DNA of 64,000 nucleotides from Epiperipatus broadwayi (lineage: Eukaryota; Animalia; Onychophora), in the NCBI GenBank assembly GCA_028023455.1, contig JAQFVV010000005.1, positions 12,462,001 to 12,526,000 of the forward strand. Direction: 5' to 3'. A program made the translations under genes and the position numbers. The notes beneath the pieces were generated by a model. That model saw only the letters and a program-made list of their open reading frames with translations. It was not told where the DNA came from and ran no database searches. This document shows positions 37,415-50,800 of the stretch, in pieces; the first letter of the stretch is position 1; each line of letters begins with the position of its first letter.

Positions 37415-37619
37415 AATTACTAACCTGTATTGTCTATTTGTGTGTTATTACTAACAAGTTGTTTGTATTTGGAAAGTTTAAAGTTTAAAATTTTCTATAC
37501 ATTCAACATATACTCATAAATGATGGAAATAGTCCAACATATCACATCTTATGCTAAAGTTTTAGATTGTAATCAAGAACACTCATTCTATTATTTACAA
37601 ATAAACATTAAACTGATCA

Positions 37620-40175
37620 GCTGTACCTGTTGGCTAATATCTTTTGCTTTAAGAACTAAAGTTTTTGAGGAATTGGATAAAATGCAATCTGAGAAAGTGA
37701 TCAAACAGATATCTGATTCTGAATACACTAATCCAAAAGTATCTATTATTAAAAACAACAGAAATACAAACCTGTGGAGATTATTGCTGAATGCTAAATA
37801 AAACCTTACCTTTCAATGTAATTAACCCCTTCCATAAGATAAATGGATACTTTTTATGCCAACTGGAGATAGGGTATTTTCTAGAATACATCTCTGGCAT
37901 GTCTATCTTTAAATTACCAGTAGACATAGCAATTATAACTCATAAGGAACTTTATAAAATTAATCAATTGTGATTTGGTATATTGGCCAGCCATATTCAA
38001 GTAATAGTTGATTGATTAGTGGCTGGAATTCCTGGGGCCATTCCATATTTTGATGATTTCCTACTAGTACCCCAAAGTAAGTAGCAACTCATTCAGTTCA
38101 TTAGAAACTTTTAAATAAATTCATGGAAATAGAAATGAAAATAAACTCTAATAAACATGAGTGTTTAAAGCTGAGGAAATAGAATTGCTTGGATTCAAAG
38201 TTATTTCGCAAGATATTTTTCTTTCTAAGAACAAAGTAAATACTATTCTGAACATGATATCCCCCACTAACAAAAAACAGCTTCAGGGCATTACTTGAAC
38301 TTGTCACTTATTGTAAGAGCTTCATACTGCACAAATTACTATATCAACTGCTGGATAAAAGGCAGAGAGGATGTGAAATATTCAACAAATTCAAGCTTTT
38401 GATAAGTTACAGTGTTTTATAACTAATGCAAAATGAATTAACCCACTGCAATCCAAACAGGGAATTGATCCTAAAGTGTGATGCTTCATCAGTTACATTG
38501 GAGCAGTATTAATTCACCCTAACAGAAATGGGAGTGATAAACTTATTATCTTCATTTTTCATATATCCATTGGAGCTAAAAAAAAAACTTACTTTCAAAT
38601 AGACAGAGACTCTAGCCTTAATAGATGTTAAAAAATTTGATCGACATTTATTTTACGAACTGATAAATCTTTTATTAGACATATTTGATTATAAAAGGGG
38701 ATTTTCCCAACAATCCCTCTCCACATGCTAAGATTGTTCAACTTGTTGAGCACTTATGGCTTTACACTTTGTTATGTAGAAGAAAAATCATCCCACATGC
38801 TGATTCTCTTAGTAATTATCAGATAAAAGTAAAAAAAAAAAAAAACAAATAAAATATAAGAATAAACTATTAATAAATATAATCAATTGAGAAAATAGTA
38901 ATCAAATAAACAGTAAAGCAATAGCTCACTGGACAAAAAATGACCCAGGGAATCAGTTTCTTAATAAATGGATACTCAAAAAGTGGCTAATTAACAAAGC
39001 ACAATATATACATAAAGGCTTCTGGGAAAGAAGGCAGAACTATACATTAAAAATGAATATCTTGTGGAACAATTGAATTGTCATACTGCCAGAGACCGCA
39101 AACAGATCTTTATTGCATTCTGGTAATCTTAAAATACTGAGAAACAAAAATGCTGATTAGATTTTATGTCTATTGGACTGAAATAAAATTTCAGATATTG
39201 TCAACACTTCAAAATGAATCAAAGTGAGCCAGCTAAAATCGAGACAATTGTTGGTCCCTAGCAGCTGAACCTAGGAAAGATTCCACTTAGACCATGCTGG
39301 ATATTGGAAGGGCAAAAAAATATATCATAATTGTTGATGCCTATTTTAAATGATTAGAAGTAGTAATTGTACCCAACTTCAATATTACAAAGACAATTAC
39401 TTTTTGAGGAAAATATTTGCAACTCATGGTCTTCCTTTGATCATTGTTACCAATAATGTAACAAACTTTATATCTAGCCAATTCAAAAACTTCTGTGCAA
39501 ATAATAAAATCAATCACATACTGGCATTACCAATACATCAAGAGAACAATGGACAAGCAGAATGTTTGGTGTATAAGGTTAAAAAATCTTCAAAAGAAAA
39601 CAGCAAATGATTGGAGTGTACATAGTTAGAAAACTGCTAAATTAGCATGCAACTCCATCTACTGTTCACAACAGAAACTTGGCAGAAATATTAATAAATT
39701 GTATGTTTGAAAACCAATTTTATATAGTCTCAAACCTAAATCTATTACCAAAGGAAATTAAGTGGCTAATTATGGCCGTAGTCATTCAAAATTGATTCAA
39801 AAGTTTTATGTAATATGTACCCAGCCAAAAAAGAATTCCAGCTACAATTGTGGCCAGAAAGAATTAAAAATAGTGAAAAGCCATGAAGGTCAACTTAATA
39901 AACATAAGGAACTACTATGTATCAATTTTAGTCAGCCTGAAATACCCAAAACATAAACAGTACTGTCAGATTCCATAAACCAGCAATTCTGCCGGGCAAC
40001 CAATGGTTAGTTCATACCAAAGTTTTTCCAGCATTAGAATTAGAGGTAATAAGTAGTCATAATACCAAGAAAGAGGACAGTGTAACCACTACTTAAAAAA
40101 ACAGCAAAAGAAATAGGAAACTATCAACGTATCTTTTAGAATATAAATAACTTATTTCATCTAGGAGAAAAGAAA
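37620..40175 (+). mobile_element. Decayed Gypsy pol (RT, RNase H, integrase) ending in a polypurine tract
   Basis: EELDKMQSEKVI (RT N-terminus), PYFDD (38043-38057), KCDASS (RNase H, ~38474), FATHGLPLIIVTNN...NNGQAE (integrase, ORF 39350-39610), PPT AGGAGAAAAGAAA at 40163-40175. Confidence 0.8.
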
Positions 40176-40543
40176 TGATGTGGGCTACTCCTGATCACCT
40201 TTACAAAATTGAACCCATTATTCGCGAACAGGAAATGATTACAATTTTATTGTATATATAATTAAGTAAAGGAATGGAAATAACGGCTGAATTAACACAT
40301 TTTTCTTGATGGCTGTGTTCTCTTTGTTTTTTAGTGAGAAATGGACCGTTTTCCCCTGCGGCTACGGTTGTTTAGAAGCTTACAGATCGGTATGCAATTT
40401 ATGAAAAGGCATAAGTTCTTGTTATATTCCGGACTTATGTATTATGTAGTCAAACTTCATAATTATCTTTTGTTCGTGAATTATCGTTGTACATTAAGTC
40501 ACTTAAAAATATTGATTCGGGCTTGCCTTCACTATATATAACA
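40176..40543 (+). repeat. Possible 3' LTR of the Gypsy relic
   Basis: Starts TG directly after the PPT and can end in ...TATATAACA. No second copy in the window; could instead be a CpG-retaining host promoter. Confidence 0.3.
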
Positions 40544-43249
40544 AAAAAATAATAATAATAAAATTTGGTTCAGTAAGCCTATAATTATATTTGAAATTTT
40601 ATATTAAAAAAATGAAATATACTTTTGAAAATATAATTATCAATTATAATTGGGATTAAAACAAAAATAGGTCATCCGCTTTCATGGCAAATTTTCAACA
40701 ATATCTTGGCGTTTAATTTACGACTAGAATGTAGTTTATTACTTAATTAAGCAGTAGTTTTTGAATTCAAGTGTTTTATAACTCAAGGAATATGCATACT
40801 AATATTTATCCAATAAACAAAATTTGAAACGATATTTATTTTTCAAAGCACTTCGCAGATGCAATGGATAGAATAAATAATTTAATTACGTTTATTTAAA
40901 ACTACGTTTAATGCTTAGAAGAACCATAATTCGAGCCTAATATGAACATTATATTTTAAATAAAACTCACAAAATTATTTTATTACTATTTAAATCACTC
41001 CTTTACAATATTAAAAAAAGATATTCCCAACCATAAATAAGTTTTTTTTTATTGACATAGGCTTTTAATAAAACGTTATGTGCTGCTTTCTTCGTGGATA
41101 TTAATTGTAATAATTTAAATAAATAATTTTTCTTTTTTTTGTAATATACAAAAAAAAATAAATCTGACGGGTGCCAGCCACAGCTTCTTACCTCCAATCA
41201 GAATTTAAAAAGTATTAGTCATATTAGACAGGTTCCCTGAAATAAATGGATTTATACTAGCGCAGCAACATGTGACCAACAATAGATTTTAGTTTCGAAT
41301 TGATAAATTTACATCACTTCTTTTTAATATTCTGTATTTCCTATATTATTTTATTACTAATTTTTTATTATTTTTTACACACGCAAAAAAGTAATTTTTT
41401 TTCATCATAATTTTGAACAGCGAGGCATTTTAATATTACTGATTGAACTGAGTTTGAATCATTCATTCGCCTTCTTAAAAGAAAAAGTTCCTATTTTTGT
41501 CCCAGTTTTGAATTTGATGAATCAATAAATGTAAAACTAAAGGTTAACATTACATTTAAAAATGAGCAGCGACTTCAATAATGATACTTTCTACACTTTT
41601 TATTTTATTTTTATTTAAGCATTGCGTTTTTAATTAAAATAATATATTAATTGTAAGGCATTGACTAGTACATTATTTTATGCTGTACATGGTCTAAAAC
41701 AGTATATACTTAAACGACTTAAGTATTCCATAATATTAAAATTGCTTAATCAGTCGGTAGCTATAAAGAACGATTTGCAGTCCTCCAGCTTTCCTGCATT
41801 TCATTGGAAATCCAAACTTTTTGTAGACAAGGATAACAGCTTCATGATAAAAATAATACTAATATTAACTCTCTGTGATACGTGCTATATTTTGTAGAAA
41901 ATATATTAGGCTGTAGTAAGCTGAATACACAACAATATGTAAATGATTAGCTTAATTTTTTTTAAGTGTTTAGCAAAATATGTCAACTAAATTCTTAGCA
42001 TGTGTGACGAGATTCAGCTTAAATGAACTCATTCCTAATAAAATAAACTCACCAAGTTTGGATTCAGTGAAATATGGAAGTCAAAGTTATTAGTTTGACA
42101 TTTATTGTGATAACCAATAATAAAAGATGTTAATTATCACAAGTCACAGCAGTTCAAAACAGCTATGTCCCAAAAGAATTTACTCTTTATTTGTATGATG
42201 TTCTGATAATCGTGCACTAATACAATGGTAATAATATTCATTGTATTAAATCTTATTCAATATCACAAACTCAAAATATAGTTATAACTAGTTATAATAT
42301 GCAAGTTATACAGAACAATCACTGTAGATACTAATTGGCAAGAATATCTAAAAAGGAGACAACCTTGCATTTTAAGAAGAATTTGCTATGGTTTTCAATC
42401 CATACATGGACTTATGTTAAAGGAATTCAGAAATGTATATGTTAGTGAATTAAATAAAAGCTTAAAATATGACAAGATACTTGCTTAATTACAATATTAT
42501 GACATGAAAAATGAGATGCTAGATAAGATACTAGAAATCTAGATATTTGATCTCAGATTAATCAGGTAAGTGTGGCATCTATTGATATAAAATTAATTCA
42601 ATATTTAGGTAATAATGTGATTGCTATAGTAAATGCATTTATATGTAGAAAAAACTGCATATACTCTTGAAAGATTTTAGAAAAAAAACTAGCATTGGGC
42701 TATGGCTCAAATAAGGTCTCTTCTGATTGATACAGATCATCCAGTAAGATGGCCAGCATACCTGGACAAAAATCAATTTTTATGGATTTTAATAAAATAA
42801 AACCTGAATTAAAGTTGGATATACAATTGAGCAAATGTGGGCCTGCTACTGATCAGATCTTGCAATCACAAGCAATGCTGGCTCATTTTTCCATGCTAAA
42901 GTTTGAAAAAGCAATACATATATTTTGACCTTAAACCTTTAATTACGATGCAAAAGTAAACATTTAACCTATACAATCAAGAGAGTGAGAAACAATTATA
43001 TATCTCTGTCTTGGGGGTGGCGTTATCTGCAATTTTTATGTCCTTCTCAATGAGATGCTTAGAGATTGTTTTATATGAAATATGAGGGATCATATAATAA
43101 GGATAAAGTTACTTATGGACCTTAATATAGCAGTTTCTTCAGTTGTCTCTCAAGCAGCTCTGTGAGAAATCAAGAAACAAATGTTGGTTCATTTGAGTAA
43201 ATAAACATTACACAAAATAATAGTTGTCATGTAAACAAAAAAAAAACTA

Positions 43250-44260
43250 TTACTATAAGAGAGTTCACACAGCTAACCAATGTCAAAATATATGCACAAT
43301 GTCATTATACTGGGCATATTGAAGTGACCTATCTATCAAACAGGAACAAGTGAATCATAGATTGTGTGTTAAAAATAAAGCTGATAGTTGCCTAACAAAG
43401 AATTGAATGTGAAAATTTTTAAAGAGCAACTGTAATATCATAATTTAAGACACAAGTTGATATTAGTGGCCCTTCTAAAACAATGAACATTGATACTGGC
43501 ACTACTGCCTCCATTATTTCAAAAAACTGTTGGGCTAAAATAAATAAAAATTATAGTCAGTTGTCCAGCCAACATCTAAACTAATATATGACCACCAGAT
43601 TAAACTACCCGTGCATGGAGAAACCATCATAAAAGTTTGAAGAGGTTGGTGTCTTATTAAAAACATAATTTAATGGGCAACAACTGGTTCAAACCTTTGG
43701 CTGTTCACTAATCAATGTGAATCAAGTCTCTACTGATATATGTCAAAAAATATATACCAAATTATTTGAACCAAGTTTGCATTATTACCAAAATGCATCC
43801 ATCTTTCTGAAGAGATAGACAGACTATATGTTAAAGGAGTTATTGAACTAATGACTCTGAATTAACTACTCCTAAGATATCATTTATTTAAAAAAAAATG
43901 GAGTTACATATTCACAATGATTGTAATTGTACAATAAATAACACTGTCAAATTGATGATTATTTTCCTCCAATAAAATTACTCTCTAATTTAACTGACAT
44001 ACAATGTTTTCAAAAATGGATCTCAAGCACATCCACTTTTAACTACCGGTTGGTATTGAAGCTTCAAGAGCCCTGCCCATTACACACAAAGAGCTTTATA
44101 CAATCATTCATTATATTGGCCTTTGGAATCTCTATAGCTTCAGCCATATTCCAACTAGTATTTGATCAACTTACCTTTGAATATCTGGAACCATTTCCTA
44201 TTTTGATGCATCTGATAAAGAATTTAATAACTTTTAAGTATATCCTTATATTTCTATTAT
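43250..44260 (+). mobile_element. Second decayed Gypsy fragment (gag knuckle, protease, RT)
   Basis: CHYTGHIEV (knuckle relic, ~43300), MNIDTGTTASIIS (DTG at 43492), SKMDLK, THKELY, FGISIASAIFQ (ORF 44050-44274). Confidence 0.7.
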
Positions 44261-46679
44261 CTGTAATTAATTAATTTTCACATAAAATATCCATGAGTAC
44301 TTTTTATATTGTCTTTTTTTTGCAATATATTGAAATTCACTAAATGAAAAAAATGTCCAATGATAGGAGAAATTATTATACATCACGTTAGATGTAGTGA
44401 TTACTGATCTTGTAAAAATTCACTTCTATAAGACATTATTTTAATATACATATATATTATAACGGTCTGGGTGTGGGTGATCAAAGCTAGCAGTCTTATC
44501 ATATCAGCCATACAGGGCGCCACTAGGTTATTAGAACCTAGAAAATTTATACAGTAGGCAGATATATAAGTTAAGATTCACATTTTACATGTTTTATTCA
44601 GACCGTCAGCCCATGCCACTAGCTCAGTGAGACACAGAGATTATATAAAATATAAATTCTTATTTAAAAATATTCTCAATAAAAAAATAAAAAAATAAAA
44701 GAAGCCACTGCCAGTAATTAACACACAAACATTTATTTACACACATATAGATAAAATTGAGGAATAAAATTTATTATTTTAAGTTGGTTATTAATTTAAT
44801 TTTTAAATTTAAATGTTTTTTAGTTTGAACAATCCACACAGATTTGTTTAATAATAATTTGAAAAGTGTCGAGTATGAATAAACTATATAGATTGCATTT
44901 GAAAAGAAAATATTCTATCCCTTATTTAACCTTAGGCCAAAAGTTCACAGTTAAACCAACGTCAATCCATCTGATACATTGATGTATTCAATGCAGTATA
45001 AATATGACAGCACAAATACCATACTGTCAGAATATGCATCTGAACAGCATGGTTAAGAAGACATTGACTCTCGTCCAAACAGGAATACTACATCTGTCTG
45101 ACGAGAAGAGCAATAAAAAAAAACTCCATAGGAAGGGACTGCATTTTCCATCTTACTATCCCATTCCATAGGTTAAAAGGGGGGGTGCGACGTAGAATAG
45201 TGATCCTGCATGTAGCAGATCTCATACTACATTTACTAATTACACTGATACATCCAATCCATTGACCCAATCTAACTAAGCAACCAATAACTCAAGATTA
45301 ACTCTCCCTTAATTAATTAATATAACTTTACAAATCTATATAGCCATTCATGCCCGACTTAAATTTAACATTTAAGTAATTTCACACAGATAAATTTTAT
45401 AAAAGTTTTTTTTTTTTTAATGTTGAATATAGATCGGCTACATAGATTACACGGTTAAAAACATTTCAAAATAAACATAAACAATCAAAATATAAAGTCA
45501 TTGATGGAATTGCAGAGGGAAATTTACAAGAAACCCAACGGCATTCATCATAAGATGCCGCATTGACACCAATAACTTAAAAAACATCCGAATAAATACA
45601 TTTTAGATACTCAATGTAAGGTATCATTATTTACTGAATGTTTATATATTCTAATCAAATATGAAAATAAAAACAATTAAACGTTAACGAATCTATGCAA
45701 GCATCTATACCCAACTTAAATTTAATGCATTTAAATAATTTATACAATAAATATTAATAAAAAAAAATGGAAATGATTTTTAGCAAACTCAAATGTATAA
45801 AAATTAAACATTAATAATTAATTTGAAAACTTAAAAGTCAGATAAAAGTTCATTTTAAAATTTAGGTTAGCTGAATATTAAAAGCTTGTCAAATCTTTAT
45901 GAAAGTTCTTAATTACTTTTAAATTTTACAGTTCATGTCTTACAGTAGAAGAATCCCGGTTTCTGGTGCCAATTTCCGCGATGTCTCTATTTGAAGACTG
46001 GTCTGTTGTTCTGGAGGTGGCCTTAGCTGGTTCAATCCTAGTACTATTTGATTGTAGAATCCATATGATTCGGGGTCTGCAATAGTACTGTTCATAATTC
46101 ATCAGTCATTTCATTTGAAATAAAAGAGAGAGTGACAAGTATGTCTTATCATGCCCCTCAAAAAAAAATCAAGCTGAAACTGTTTTTAATTTCAATATTT
46201 TTCCTTTTATACCGATCGTCCGGATTCACTGAACAATGGTTTCCTGTCCCAAATTTTCATTACGGTCCGAGCCTTCATTGCTGCTTCTATTGGACATCTA
46301 ATTTATTTTTGTTCTCTTACCTATATTTCATCTGACTTTTTTATATAAGAGCCCCAAGAGCTAGTTTGTTTTTTGTTTCATTTATAAAACAATCATTTCC
46401 ATTTACTAAAATATTTTATCTTTAGATCTTGTACTTTTTTATAAAAAAGTACGTTCAAATACTTTTTTTTTTAAAGAAATACTTTTATAAGTTTTTATAT
46501 ACATTTAACAACTCTTTAATTTTTTTAGCTTTTATTTTTATTTACGAACTTAAATTTTTATTTTTATTTTAAATTAATGCAACGACGTATACTATTACAA
46601 TATATATATGAGTATATTAAAATATAAACTAATAATTAAGCCACTGAAAAAAAGAGGATATATAAATTGTAAATCAAAA

Positions 46680-47460
46680 GTACCAATGATGCATAAGATG
46701 GCAAGTTTTAGATCTTTTTTGTTTCGGAATGAAAAATTATGTCGTTACTAAAGTGATAAACTGAAAAATATTGAAATATTTGCTAAGGAATTGCTTGATG
46801 TTGGTTATAAAATGGAACAAATAAACAATACTTTATGTCAATTTAAAAAAAGTTATAATAATTTAAAGGAAATGAAGATTAATAGTAAACAATGGATATC
46901 TATTCCATTTATTTCAAATCCACAAGTGAAATTTTTTAAGGATTTATATAAGAATGTGTTTAATGTTTCATTTTACATTCTAAACAATATTAATAAATTA
47001 GTTAATAATTCTAAGGATGTCATACCTGTCAAGCAGAAAAGTAATGTCATATATCTAATTTGTGATTGTATGCTGTCATATATAGGTGAATCTAGGTGCA
47101 GTATTGAGAAGAGATTGAAGGAGCATGAATTGTTATACAAGCATGTAAAAAATAAAAATAATGGTGATTTAATATCTCATTCAGTTTTCTTTGATCACGA
47201 AAAAACGTGTAAATATAAATTTAAATTTGATTTTGAAAATGTGAAAATTCTTCATGAAGAGAGAAACCATAGTAAAAGAAAAAGTAAAGAGGCAATTTTT
47301 ATAAACAGGAATAAAATGCATTTAATAAATCGACAAGCTGCTAACATTAAACTACGAGATTCATGGAATTTGAATTGATGACATTTGCTTCCACTTTTGT
47401 TTTTTGAATTTAATGGCAGTTGAGGCAGGTTTAAGAAATTAACCGAAAGTACTTCTGCAG
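46680..47460 (+). mobile_element. 5'-truncated Penelope-like element (RT thumb plus GIY-YIG) with 3' hammerhead
   Basis: ORF 46791-47378: KSNVIYLICDCMLSYIGES...RLKEH...DFENVKILHEERNHSKRKSKEAIFI...LINRQ; hammerhead 38 nt after the stop. Confidence 0.85.
47416..47458 (+). ncRNA. Penelope-type minimal hammerhead, two core substitutions
   Basis: GCAG-TTGAGGC-A-GGTT-TAAGAAATT-AACC-GAAA-GTAC-TT-CTGC: 4-bp stems I and II, palindromic GUAC loop. Confidence 0.7.
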
Positions 47461-47529
47461 ATTTAAGGATTGTTTGTAATAGTTTGTAAACCATTAAATT
47501 TATTATTTTAATTATATATATATATATAT

Positions 47530-47830
47530 TGTAACCAAAAAGAAAGAAAGAGGAGGGGATGGGAGTGGTGGAAGGAAAAGAAAGAAAAGAAGAGAACGAA
47601 AATGAGAGAGAGAAAAAAAGATGAAAAGAAATATGTAGTGGAGAGAGAGATGGAAGGAGAAGAAGAAATGAAATGATTTGAAATGGATGACATGATAGAA
47701 GAGATGTGAAAGAGAGATGAGAAATGATATAAACAGAACTGAAATGAGAGACTCTCAACGACTCGGCTCAGTGGGGTTACAATAAAATTTAAGAAAAGAG
47801 ATGATGATTCAGAGATGTACAATCAGATAG
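47530..47830. repeat. Purine-rich (GA) low-complexity tract
   Basis: Plus strand is almost entirely G/A with scattered T; it generates the spurious F/S/L-rich minus ORFs. Confidence 0.85.
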
Positions 47831-50800
47831 AAACCAAATCCAATACTAATGCAACTATAACTATTATGGCATATTAATAATCTTCTATTAAACCATACAA
47901 AAGATTATTTAAAATCATTAATTAATAATTACTAGAATAAGCCTACCAACAGATCACACACACTCTGAATAAGAATAAATGATACCTTGATTGTGAAAGA
48001 TTATCTTTCTAAATTATATCTAACAAGGCAACAAGAGTAAATAACCTCAGGGATTCTAAAACTAAAACTCTTGTGCAAAATTAAAGTTTAAGTTGCCTAC
48101 AAAATAATTGCTGGGTGAATAAAACAAATGAGTGATATCTTAGCTGACCATAGAATAACTATATTATGTTCAATCTTAGAATAATAAACAAAACAAATAT
48201 TAATTCACAAATTTAATGAATCAATTTAAATTTAAATTAATAATGGCCTATTATCCAAGACATTACTCGAACCAAGAAAAGGGCAAGGGTACTTTTTATG
48301 CCTTTCCCATACTCACAGACAACCTACTCAAGACCTCAAATGCAGATGGATTAAAATTCTTTGGACATATAAGATTTAAGTTAATGATAGACAATGTGCA
48401 GTTAATATAAGATAATGTGCAGCTTTTAAAATAATAGTAAATAAAATATTCTTCTAATGTTCTAAAATTCTTAATCTCATATTGCATACTCTTTTGTCTA
48501 AGAAGATATACTGATAATTTAAAAATAAACTTTTAACTAAGCATTTAACTAAGTATCTGATATAATGCAATTATCTGTTATTGTGATTCAACTTGAGAAT
48601 CACTTACTTTAGCATGGCTTTATAATTCTAAAACCAATATCAAATATATTTAATTAACTTTATGATATATTTGTGAACTTTTGAATTGAAGATTTAATAA
48701 ACTTTGGAAACTTAAGATTTTGTGAACTTGGAACCCAAGACAATAATATTTTCATATAAAAGTAAAACAAACAAAAACAAACTTTTTGAAATGATAATAA
48801 TTTAATTTATTGAGAACAGTAAGAAAGTGTTTATACTTTAAATGGAATACAAGCATTGCAAATATAGCGCTAGGACCTAATACAAGTATTTTGACCTTTG
48901 AAAACTTTATTTGATTTACAATAATATACAACTTCTTTAGCTACTGTTATTGACTATCTCTCTTAAAACTCTTTTACATTATTTATTCTGGTAAATAAAC
49001 TAATAAAATAATATAATTATTCATAATAGCAGGAAAAGGTTATGCAATACCGAATTTTAATCTCTTTTAAACAATTAGAGATTTTATAATCTTTGGACTT
49101 TAATTATAATGTCTGTATTTAATAAGCACACTTCTAATTTTTAATTAAAATAATTCATAACACTATGGTGTCTTCTAGTAATCAGAATAACACACACAAC
49201 TAGGTTTGTATTTGAAACCCTAAGCTTAACTTTATAATCCTGAGCTTAACAAACGCTAAGCTGGAATAAGCATATTCAGCATATTTTTGAAAAATATCAT
49301 CACTAGTTACACTGACATAACTAATATTACAGCTAGTGATATATTTAAATCAAACTAAGCTAATTTTAAAATTAAATTAAATTAGATATATGGGACATTC
49401 ACTCATCAGAGATCAGTTATACTCTTTTAAATAAATTTAGTCCACATAAAACTATTACCCTCAATGTTTTAAAATTAAAAAAAAAATGTAACAGACTTAC
49501 AAATTCAGCAGCGAAACTCTGGATGAAAATATTAAAATTAGTATGTGTGAATTGCCACTTATACCATATGCATATATTTAACATACTCAAAAATAAATAG
49601 AACTTATTATTGCTTATCTTGTGGATGATAAAACTATCATATCAACACAATTCAAACATTGATATACCTATGAGCATTAAAAATAGCTATTACTACCTGA
49701 AGAAACAAAGTTCCTCAAACACACATATCTTGTCATCACTAATCTAAAACAAATGCAACATCACCTACTGTGGTAGAATTAGCATTAAGTCATCATGAAT
49801 GATAGGCTAAAATATAAAAATAATAGGCTCCTCAGAGCTGGAAAAGAATGTGGTGGCTTTCAAAAATGCCTAACTTTGAGGCAGAAACTAAGATACCTGG
49901 ACCTTGTCTACAGCGTATCTGGGAACAAGAAAGATGCACCAGAAAAGCACGATCCTCTCTCATGGGATTTCCAATGCTTATAAATGTGATCATCATCACT
50001 GTAAAATACAATACAATAACCCTCTATGTGCACAAGCACTATCAAATCATGGAAATACAATACAATAAGGATTGAGGACCTTGTCTACTCCATAAAGCAT
50101 ACTCAAAATTATTAACTAAGCCTAACTCTATGAGGCTAACAATTACTAACTAATAGCAAGATATATACTTCACCTGAATTAACTAAGTTATTCCTAAGAA
50201 GTTTAAAAATACAAAATGTATATTCAATGTTCGAACCAACAAAGCAAACTGTGTCAAGCGACTACTATAGGAAATACTTTAAAATTAAATGCATATAAAA
50301 TTCTAGGCAAGGCACAATGCACACATAATAAAATATTCAATACTAAAATATAGTGACTAGTGGACTTTTTAAAAAAAATTGCAAATTAAATGCGAGAATA
50401 TTAATTCTCAATGCATATAAAAAATATTTGCAGCTATTATTACTATAGCACTCATAAAACAAATGAATGGAAACTCTGATAAACTTCTTTGGCTGGTTTA
50501 AAATAAAACTGAGTGAAACATCCCACATATAATAAACTAAGACTGTGATATTTAAATCTCTGTAAATGAAATTATCTAATAGATATTCACTTGTGAACAC
50601 TTAATAAATAAACTAAATTGACCTAAGAATGGCAAAATATTTGTTCATTCTAATAAACCCATTAAGCTTTAAAATTATAATCCTAATTTACCTGGCATAT
50701 TTATGCAAAAAGTGTTACACAAAATATATAGCATAAATATTTTTATGGTTTCATTTTTTTTAAAACCAATAAAACAGACAATAAAAAAAAATAATAATAC

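Larger units (their letters stand above)
36964..37550. mobile_element. Family B tRNA-headed hammerhead element forming a 558-bp palindrome
   Basis: Arms 36995-37263 and 37289-37552 are near-perfect reverse complements around a 25-nt loop. Probable TSD ATGCTAA(T/A)GTTTTA at 36950-36963 and 37551-37564. Confidence 0.85.

Noticed and set aside
47735-47770. Second hammerhead (CTGAAAT-GAGAGACTCTC-AACG) after the Penelope ORF
   Set aside because: GAAA is absent, the core is incomplete and no stem I forms.
47252-47822. 168-aa and 104-aa minus-strand ORFs
   Set aside because: Low-complexity F/S/L products of the polypurine tract.
49790-50090. GC-richer block with short internal repeats (GGACCTTGTCTAC x2) as a solo LTR or exon
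   Set aside because: No TG...CA boundaries, TSD or coding signature could be fixed.
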